Assembly: GCF_036588685.1 (NCBI RefSeq)
Contig: NC_086374.1
Location: 63,116,001 to 63,180,000, forward strand
Length of the DNA: 64,000 nt
Reading direction: 5' to 3'
Source of the DNA: Mytilus trossulus
Taxonomy: Eukaryota
Positions 54,114 to 64,000 of this stretch are shown piece after piece. The translations under genes were made by a program, and so were the position numbers. How positions within the stretch are numbered: position 1 is the first letter of the stretch; each line of letters opens with the position of its first letter. The notes below the pieces were generated by a model, which saw only the letters and a list, made by a program, of their open reading frames with translations, was not told the DNA's origin and searched no databases.

Positions 54114-55629
54114 TATCACTTACCTAACAATTTTTTCACAGATCAACAATGAACATATTATTTCTGAATTTAGAGAATCTAAATTGAGAGCATTTGCTTT
54201 GAGTCAAGTCAAACAGTGTCAAAAAAAAACAGAGATCTGGTATGTATGCCTGTGAGACAACTATCCACTAGAGACCAAAGTACCAGCAAGTAACCATGAT
54301 GTTTTCTTTTACAAATACTATTAGGTATACTGTTATTATGTTTCATGTTTCTTAAATAATATTGTAGACTTGAACAACAATTGGTAGAATCACTTTAAAC
54401 CAATCTAAAGATCTGGATACCTTTATTTAAAAACAACATTCAATATAACCTTAAAATAACTCAACAACTGTTAGACATGTACAAAATGTATTCAATTGTG
54501 ATAAATATGTATAAACAGTATTAGACCGTTGGTTTTCCTGTTTAGCCATGATTAATTATATAGTCTTCAATATATAGGAGAGTGGTCTTTGTTAAAGATG
54601 CACTTAGCTTCAGGTGCGTTGTTATTAAACAAAAATTGAAATTAAACAAAAGAAATAAACCTCCTTATTACTTAGAGAGCGTAAAGTTAAACATGACCAA
54701 GTTGGTATACTTTAATTGTTTACATCTGTTTCTATGACCGGCTTTAAAAGAATAAAGTAGACACACGATTTAGGATGGTTTTACATCTAATAAACGTTTT
54801 ATAGTTATAGAATGTAGCTTTTATATTTAAATCAGAGGTAAGTTTTCAAAAAGCGTAAATTTACAGTTGGATCTATAATATTCCTAAGCATAGATTCAAC
54901 CGAAAGATCTATACTTTGATGCATGCTAATATAACAACATTTGCTGTACCAAAAATGAATTAAATTGGTAAAATGATAAATCTTTCCAATGATTCATAAT
55001 AGCAGAGTTGTTGTGCGTGTTTGAAGAACAACAAACAAGTATCGTGCTACAAGTAAAATTAATTTTCAGTATTTTTTTCCCCAATTTTATAGTGGTTCAC
55101 TTTCAGTAGTATTCTCAATCTGATACTCTATTAGATGATAGACAAACTTTGATAAATTGCGTTCGTCTGTCATCACATATTTCAAAGATCTTCGACGAAA
55201 CTACTGAACATTTTTGAACCAAACTTCAACTTATTGATCCTTTTAGGTGTATGCATATTATGAAATAAGTAATTGTGAGTATCCATGATTTAACCAGAGA
55301 ATTAGCAACACATACATCTAAATTAAATTGAACATTTAGTTAGTTTATTAATTTTTCCAAAAAGAAATTTATCTTTCGTCTTTTATCCTTTGTGATGTCC
55401 TTTTGTCAGAGAGATATTAAAAAAGCGGACCATGAGATGTTTATTTGATTTGCCGGACATTTATAATAATAACTATCATTTACGCCGTAACAATTCAAAT
55501 ATTTGGTAATCTTGACCATATCTACATGAGGACAGAGATTACATAAGATACATCATCGTTTATGCGGATACAAGTTCTATGTACATGCAGTTAAAAAAAA
55601 TAACTATACTTTTCGTTGGAATTTTAACA

Positions 55630-57061
55630 ATGGAAGTCAAAATTGTTAAGGTGTTTATACTGTTTGGATTGTTGTTAATTTCATTCGTCCTAGGATTTAT
55701 ACCTATCAAATGGATTTGGCATTTCAAAGAGAAAACAAGAGAAAAATCTAGAACTTTCCATTTGGTGATAAGTTGCCTCAGCTGTTTTGCTTCCGGTGTT
55801 TTTCTTGCTACATGTTTACTGCATTTACTTGTTGATACACGTTTGACCTAGGAAGAGAGTTGAAGGACGTCGAGACACTTTCAGAGTACCCAGTATCAGA
55901 GTTTATAATGGCGATTGGTTTATTGTGTATGTTAGCAACGGAACAGTTGGTCATGACGTACTAAGAATATACAGAAAACAAAGAGGAAACTGAAAATAGT
56001 CATCTTTAATACTCATAGAAACGAATCTTCCTTTGAAATGAACGAACGGACCGAAAACGATGCAAACAGACTTTCTCGACCAGAAGAACAAAAAATCTGT
56101 ATGAATATGTCAAAATCTTCTATTGAAGGTTTGAAACAAGACAATACAACCTTGGGGAGACCCAGCGCAGGTCAGAATAAGATGTCACCCGCTGAAATGC
56201 ACGCTTCACAGACCGACAATTCTGTGTTCAGATCAATATTGCTGATTTTAGCCTTATCTCTGCATTCAATTTTTGAAGGACTTGCGGTTGGGCTTCAGAC
56301 AGAGACATCATCTATTCTGAAGATTTTTACTGGTCTTGTGATACATACAGGAGTCATATCTTTTACCCCGCCACATTATTTATGTATGTGCTTGTCCCAA
56401 GTCAGGAGCCTGTAATTCAGTGGTTGTCGTTTGCTTATGCGTTACATATTTATTTTTCGTTCATTTTTTTTACATAAATAAGGCCGTTAGTTTTCTCGCT
56501 TGAATTGTTTTACATTGTCTTATCGGGGCCTTTTATAGCCGACTTTATGCGGTATGGGCTTTGCTCATTGTTAAAGGCCGTTCGGTGACCTGTAATTGTT
56601 AATGTTTTTTGTGTCATTTTGGTCTTTTGTGGATAGTTGTCTCATTGGCAATCATACCACATCTTCTTTTTTATATTATCTCAGAGTTCGCTGTCGTACT
56701 GTGCATCAATGAGATCACTTTTGATCTTTTCGGTGGCATCTCCAATCGGTGTTGCCATGGAGTTGATCATAGATGAATTGGGAACTGGCCGTACGGTGAC
56801 CCATAGTTGTTAATGATTGTGTCATTTTGTCTTTTGTGGATAGTTGTCTCATTGGCAATCTACCACATCTTCTTTTTTATATCTTCGCCTTCATTGGCAA
56901 TAGGAATTCTAGAGGGATTGGTTTGCGGAACTTTCCTGTATGTTATGTTTTTCGAAATGCTTTAAAATGAATTCAGTTATTCAGACAAACGAATGCTAAA
57001 TGTATTGTTCTTGTTTGTGGGGTTTATTTGCATGTCTGCCTTGCTTATTATTCATGACTGA
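55630..57061 (+). pseudogene. ZIP/SLC39 (ZIP1/2/3-like) zinc transporter pseudogene, intronless
   Basis: SCFASGVFLATCLLHLL, EYPVSEFIMAIGL, RSILLILALSLHSIFEGLAVGLQ, ASPIGV, ILEGLVCGTFLYVMFFEM. Frameshift at ~55850, in-frame stops (~55962, ~56962), repeat insertions at 56365-56675 and 56787-56882. Confidence 0.88.
56365..56675 (+). mobile_element. Interspersed repeat inserted in the ZIP pseudogene (shorter related insert at 56787-56882)
   Basis: Interrupts the ZIP frame after GVISF; ends GTTGTCTCATTGGCAATCATACCACATCTTCTTTTTT, a motif also seen at ~14920 and ~15820. Confidence 0.8.
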
Positions 57062-57878
57062 ATTATTGTTATTCTTTTAGGTAAGACTCGGTCGTTTCTA
57101 GATGTCCTACGCGATCTAATCAAAATTTGTGAATTCTGATTTGACAACAACAAAAATATCTTATAAATGGCACACCTCTCATTTGAAAAAATAGATAAAA
57201 GAATTGAAGTCTTCTTTATTTAGGGTAGCAGCAATCTTCATGATGCAATGCCAGTTTGAAAAAAGACAGTATAAAAAGAAACTGAGAAGGTGAAACAACG
57301 AAAAAGATGAGTGGATTTTAAGTGGGGCAACAGGCGCTGGCTTCCACTCAGTATGGGGTATATTAGCAGTTCTATGGTAGTTTGCTAAATCTATTCTTCG
57401 GTTTAGAAACGACGCTATTCTAAGCTTAGCATCTTGTACATATCGATGGTTGATAATAAAATTGAGAAAGGAAATGGGGAATGTGTCAAAGCGACAACAA
57501 ACCGATCATAGAGCAGACAACAGATGAATATATGATGCCATTTTAGTTTTTATAATCGTTAGGTTGTTATCTCATTGACGTATTTCTCACTTCTCTCAAT
57601 TTGTACATTAAGTGTATGTATAGTATCTATTTTGCAGCATATTTAATACATAAATGACTAGGTGTATACTGCAGTGACTCAGCACTAGCGGATTTGGAGG
57701 GGGCGTAGAGGGCGTACCCTTTACTTTGTCTTTTTTTTTTTTTAAAGTTAGACTGTACAATGAATACGACTATAGATTTCGTTAACTTTGTCATTTCTCT
57801 TATATATGAATAAATCTAAAGTTAAACAAAAATAAAAGATTTATTCAACAAACAAATAAAAAACGAAAATAATTATAA

Positions 57879-60800
57879 TCAATGTTCAAAATCTTCATCA
57901 GGTTTGCTATGACAACAAAATAGTTGACAGAACCATTGTCGAAAGCTCGTGAATCCACTAATAGGTTTGGATTGAAAGTCAACTTCTATATCTATTACAG
58001 AGTCTTTTGATTTTCTAGTAATTGTTGAAACATGTGTGTCTTCTAATACTGATGAAAAGAATGGCTTTAAATGTGGTCTTGGAGTTTCTTCTGTGTCACT
58101 TAAACTAATACTGAACCATTCACTGTCTGTTGTCCTTGATGTGTCTGGTATATCTAAAAGAAAATGGAACTTTATTAACAGAGGAACAGTGAAAGTCATT
58201 TTTTTTAAATGATCGCGATATGAATAGAAAAAAAACTACTTTGAGTGTGAAAGTTGAGAACATAAATTTAAATATTTTCATACTTGCAACAAACAAATGG
58301 AATTTTTAATGACCTTGACTAGCTATACAGCCCTACCACTGCCGGCTCAAATTTATAGTGGGTGTCTTCCTCCATTTTGGATTTTGAAGAAGCAGATAAC
58401 TTTGTTCTAGATATTTGATGAAAAAGCATGATAAAAAATTCTACCAATTTTAATTAAGACTCCCTAGCCACCTTAAAATGTAAATCAAATTCAAAATTTC
58501 ACTATTGAATTAATTAGGTTTTTCGTGAAAAAAATATGTTGTGTGACAATTAGTGTTGATATCCAACATTTGCAAAAAATCATTATGAACCGAAAAGCAA
58601 CCAAAGGTTATGAAATATAGATGAAGTCAGATAGAAAAATGTAATTTTATAAAATGTACCTTCATCCTCTATTTCGTCATCCAATGTCGACAAATCTAAC
58701 TTTAGTTCTGCCTTTAAAGCAAGCTGTTTATCAATGATGTCTTTTGTTGAAGGCTTGTTTCTCTGAAAAATAGAGTCAAGTTAAGTGTTATTAGGTCTTT
58801 TTTGCCATTCTTGATATAAAAAATGGAGAGTTTCTGTTTAGAAAGACCACCCCAGTAATTAATAAGGAATACAATTATTTGATATGCTTTTATCTAATGT
58901 TATTTTGACATTTTGTTTCAGTATGACTTGGGATTATATACAGGACTTCACCAGTACATGTGAATCAATGCTGTAAAATGTCGTTTCATCTTTTACTGAA
59001 ATTAGTTTAAAAATAGTTGAATAGCAATATCAATACTATTTACCTTAAATACTTTGTTGACTATCCACTGAAGAGGTCCCTTCGTTTTAGGAACAGTTTC
59101 ACTTATTACAGATCCGTCTAGTTCTTCTGAAAAACAAAGCAAGAATGTTCGTAAATTATACACTTGAAAATGTTGAAACACAAACAAATAGCTTAAACTC
59201 ATTATTCAGTATTTTTTTTTATTGACATGCACTAGTAATATACTTTCTTGTCCATTTAGGTCACAAGTTCACCAGCACTTCAACTTTTGCATTACATTTT
59301 CAAGTTTTAATTTTCCAATTTGATCAGCAGTATTTATGTATTGAGTGATCAATTTCTCCAACAGTTTTCAACCCAAATCACTGAAACTACACAGTAAGAT
59401 TGCACATTTTTTCGTACTAGGACATAATTTTTATCTATACTTACTGTTGATCTCTGCATTCCACGTGTCTGTCGTTTGGAAGCTTTGATAATTGTAAAGC
59501 TGTTCTCTCACAAACGAGTTAATTCTTCCTTCTTTCACCGGTGAAAGGAAGGGTCCTGGTTGTCTTATCTCAACTGGTTCCTCTTTAAGATGCAGTTCTT
59601 GTTGTGAAGTTAAAGCCTTCTCTTTATTGTCTTTTGGCTGTCGAAAATAAATTTATATAATATATGAAAATATGAAAATTGCGATATTACTGTAAACTTT
59701 TGCTATCTATGCTCAATATTGAAACAGGTCGGTTTTTTTTTGATTTTCATTAAACAAGAAAAAAATCATGATCTACCGATTGATTAGACGGTTGTTTTTA
59801 GGAAAGTGTAATTGTTTTAAGTATTAACACTATTACTATAGGTTTTTACACAAAAATAAATACTGCTGTACTTATAGTTAAAATGTTGCGTTCCTTAAGA
59901 CCCAATACTGAATACTCAGACGATCAAGTGAAGTGGACGAAACGTGCATTAAAACAAATGTATTTAAATACCTCCTGGGAATCACGCCGCAGTGAGTCAA
60001 TGTCGGTGGCTGGTTTCCAGAATTCTTCAAATTGTTTCTTTATCTGTTCTTGTTCTCTTACTATCCTTTTTCTCTCCTTTTCTTCTTTGATAGTTTTCTC
60101 TTTGGTATATGCGTCAACAAGTTTATTGTATTCAGCATCTCTGACGGATTTGTAAAAGGCAGCTCGTTCATTGTCGTCTGTTAATTCTTTGGCTGAAATA
60201 ATCTGTTCTTGTTCTCTTACTATCATATTTCTCTCCTTTTCTTCCTTAATCATCTTTTCTTTGGCATATGCGTCAACAAGTCTATTATATTCAGCATCTC
60301 TGACGGATTTGTAAAAAGCAGCTCGTTCATTGTCGTCTGTTAATTCTTTGGCTGAAATAATCTGTTCTTGTTCTCTTACTATCATATTTCTCTCCTTTTC
60401 TTCCTTAATCATCTTTTCTTTGGCATATGCGTCAACAAGTCTATTATATTCAGCATCTCTGACGGATTGGTAAAAAGCAGCTCGTTCATTGTCGTCTGTT
60501 AATTCTTTGGCTGAAATAATCTGTTCTTGTTCTCTTACTATCCTATTTCTCTCCTTTTCTTCCTTAATCATCTTTTCTTTGGCATATGCGTCAACAAGTC
60601 TATTATATTCAGCATCTCTGACGGATTTGTAAAAAGCAGCACATTCATCGGTGTCTGTTAATTCTTTGGCTGAAATAATATGTTCTTGTTCTCTTACTAT
60701 CATATTTCCCTCCTTTTCTTCCTTAATCATCTTTTCTCTTGCATATGCGTCAACAAGTTTATTGTATTCAGCATCTCTGACGGATTTGTAAAAAGCAGCA

Positions 60801-61462
60801 CATTCATCGGCGTCTGTTAATTCTTTGGCTGAAATAATATGTTCTTGTTCTCTTACTATCCTATTTCCCTCCTTTTCTTCTTTAATCATCTTTTCTCTTG
60901 CATATGCATCAACAAGTTTGTTGTATTCAGCATCTCTGACGGATTTGTAAAAAGCAGCACATTCATCGTCGTCTGTTACTTCTTCTTCTCTGTTATTCAA
61001 TGGTATTTCTTTCTCGTTATAATTAACTATTTGTACACCAGACTTTATGTTACCTTCTATTTCGCTGAAAATGAAACCAAGGAATATTCAGAACCATGCG
61101 ACGCTGCTCAGGAAAATTATACCCCATTCAATAAAATACATAAATAGTGAAGAGGACAGGTTCAAAGGGAGCAATCAGACTCACTGAATGCCATTTTTTT
61201 CAGAATTAGACAAAAGGTATATCTAATTGAAGTAATAAACATTCTTGTAGTGTTACAATCTTTAATTTGGTTATAGACAATATTCAATAGTTCTTACATT
61301 ATATAATAAATTAAGTCTAGAATATAAAATTTGTTAAAATATGAAAGCATTGCGAACTTATACCATATAAATGGTAGTCAGTACCTACCTGAAAGGAGCT
61401 TGAAATAATGACACCATTAAAGTACGGATATTCCATTCAAGACTGTTATTATCGGTCTCCAT
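57879..61462 (-). CDS. Uncharacterised 606-aa protein with six 53-aa repeats. Exons: 61462-61389, 61064-59972, 59637-59445, 59126-59044, 58762-58660, 58153-57879; likely non-coding first exon with donor at ~61825
   Basis: Six exons with GT-AG junctions join in frame (1821 nt) from METDNNSLEW.. to ..FCCHSKPDEDFEH*; no family recognised. Confidence 0.75.
60043..60985 (-). repeat. 159-bp coding tandem repeat x6
   Basis: Unit ELTDDNERAAFYKSVRDAEYNRLVDAYAKEKMIKEEKERNMIVREQEQIISAK; period 159 nt. Confidence 0.97.
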
Positions 61463-61541
61463 TTCTATTCTGGAAAAAAGAGTTAGGAAAACTAATTTTA
61501 ACGTTTTTCGAATTTATTTTGCCTAATTTGTTGTAATTAAA

Positions 61542-61734
61542 NNNNNNNNNNNNNNNNNNNNNNNNNNNNNNNNNNNNNNNNNNNNNNNNNNNNNNNNNNN
61601 NNNNNNNNNNNNNNNNNNNNNNNNNNNNNNNNNNNNNNNNNNNNNNNNNNNNNNNNNNNNNNNNNNNNNNNNNNNNNNNNNNNNNNNNNNNNNNNNNNNN
61701 NNNNNNNNNNNNNNNNNNNNNNNNNNNNNNNNNN
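61542..61734. other. Assembly gap (193 N)
   Basis: Run of N. Confidence 1.
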
Positions 61735-64000
61735 ATCCGATAAAACACTCAATGTTTGGTTTATTTAATCTATTGCGCGTTCGTGCATTATCTCTGTGTT
61801 TTTTTTAATGTGAATAAAAACTTACCAACTTATTCTCGATTTCTGAATCTGGGACAAATGGTTATATTAGTTTAGAATCGTTAAATAAAGCGTGTACACT
61901 GCTGAAGGCAAGTTTTAAACAAACTGGCGACGTTGCCAAAGAAATATTAGAATTATGACGTTTCTAGACGTCAAGGATCATGTGACATAGTTTCGGTCGA
62001 GGTTAAACTGTACATGCTCCCTGTTCTAAGAGCATCAATAGCAAATAGTATTATTTAACAACAGTTTACATGGGTTCCAACAACCTCTATGTAAAGTTGA
62101 CCTAAGATAAATTTTGCCATTCTTTAAGGTACGATCGGGTTATGTTACGTGTTTCTACATCCATGATACATGTGAGCGAATTACTGGGGAAGGCAAATCC
62201 AGTAAAACGCTTCGAATTCGGTCGCACGATTTTTTTTTATAGCGAGTTCTTTAAATTTTAACTGGTTATATCTGCGCATACTTGTGTTAACGTATTGCAT
62301 TTGAATTCTATGCTTACTGCTGCTAGATAAACCGCCTACCTTCAACTTACTTTTTAATTCTTTTATATGTGTTTGGTGTATTTGCAATTGTACACCATTT
62401 TACGTATATGAATCATTGTTTAATATTCCAGCAAGAAATAAACCATAATCAAACATGAACAGATTATAACATAGATGATAAAGTAGGCAGTACTTCTACT
62501 AGTATTTCTTTACTTGAAATACAAGAGCCTTTTCACAATTATTTTATGTCAATAGTTCTTTGAAACAACCAATATTGAAATAGTTCTATTATTCTAACTT
62601 TGTAGTATGGCTGTTAGTATGTATGGTCAGATTAGTATACTAAACTTACTTGCGTCAAAAAACAAATCAGTTCAAAATTGCAAAGTTGTGAAAAATTTGG
62701 TTTTGAGAAAAAAGTTTACAGGATATCAAATACACCAATAAATTTTGCTAATTGAATGTTGCATTGGTTTTCCTCTCTTTTTTTTGCTGAGCATGACGCC
62801 GAAGACAAAAATAAATAGTCTTACCTTACAATGTGATTCCTACAATCTAAGTATTCTTCACAAAACTTTCAAAATTCAACTTTAGATATTCAGGCGTAAA
62901 AAAGCGGCAGGCAGTTAGATAGCAACGTTCTAATCTGATACAAGGTTGCCAGCGAGGTTTGTGACGTTTCGACGTTAGATATCATGTGGGAACGTTTGCG
63001 TTAACTGATTGGTGTTGCATGAACTTCAATCAATCCAACCAATGTGAGTCTTGGTGGATATGGCCGAATAGTAGTATTTTCTTTCCCATTAAACTTAAAA
63101 GAAGTTAGAAATATTTCTCGCAAAATTTATCAAAATTCGGTTGAAACTATAGTATAGTTAATTTAAAGAGTTTGGAAATATTCCAAGACCGCTTTATTGC
63201 TTCTCACAAATCTCCAATCCTTAAATGTGTAGGATTGTTGCTTGTACAATATTTTTTTTACAACTATACCAAAAGTACTACTAACTTTATCTATTACCTT
63301 ATATCGAATAAAGTACTTTTCTGAATTTCATATTCGTGATTTTTCGTTTTGTTTGTGAGTAAGTAGCGTTCTGGTGAATCGACCTTTATAAAATAGTTGG
63401 ATTTCTTCTTCTTAAGATTTTTTTTCAACTTTTAAAACATTTTCTTCTACTTCAGAAACATTTTAATAGCCCAACCACATTCTGTGTAAGTTGTTTCAAT
63501 ATATAAGCTTGTAACTTAGTATATATGTCGTTGGTATTCGTTTGTTGTTCCTATCCAGTGGCGTAGCTTGGCCATTTTTAAGTGTACGCCCGAAGCTCAG
63601 CTAGGTTTCTGATGATCACCGGTGGTTTCGAGAATGAGATATAATTTGTCAAAAAATTCATCAATACCAACACACTTTAGAGTCTAATTAGTTTATCGTT
63701 TATGTTTTCCATTGTGTTGATTTGGAAACTTATTGTCATTGGCTAAAGAGAAAATGTTTAAACATTGGCATAGCTAGGTCATTTTTATGTGTACGCCCGA
63801 ACATCGGTGAAGGGTCGAAAGGCCCTATCGTGTCCAGGCAAATGAACCAGCTGTACATGGTAGTAGATGAGCGGGTGCGAAGCCTCCGCGGAAGTTTAAA
63901 AGTTATCGAGAATGGCATACCATTCCTGTCATTGAAAACTCATCAATAACAGCATTCTTTAGATTCAAAATGATTAATCTATTCATTGATTATTCCGAAT

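Noticed and set aside
109-63949. Most short ORFs in the supplied track, including antisense ORFs over RNASEH2A and the repeat gene
   Set aside because: Low-complexity chance ORFs in introns or repeats, or shadows of real exons.

Overview
AT-rich, intron-rich animal genomic DNA; the repeat landscape suggests a bivalve mollusc such as Mytilus (inference). Genes reconstructed by hand from GT-AG junctions: (1) the 5' part of ANAPC5 on the minus strand (9 coding exons, continuing off the left edge); (2) an intronless-CDS RNASEH2A on the minus strand; (3) a complete 25(+1 optional)-exon GOLGA2/GM130 on the plus strand, head-to-head with RNASEH2A; (4) a ZIP/SLC39 zinc-transporter pseudogene disrupted by a frameshift, stops and two repeat insertions; (5) an uncharacterised 606-aa gene with six 53-aa tandem repeats. 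There are many MITE/HINE-type repeats, a LINE RT fragment and a 193-N gap. The most notable feature lies between ANAPC5 and RNASEH2A. It is four copies (265-495 nt) of a structured plus-strand element that I cannot assign to a known RNA family. Each copy has a TATA box at about -30, a conserved covarying multi-stem scaffold, variable long hairpins and a terminal T-run, consistent with a Pol III type-3 ncRNA family. Each copy sits ~240 nt from a small antisense non-coding exon. These exons appear to link ANAPC5 to a first exon shared with RNASEH2A.
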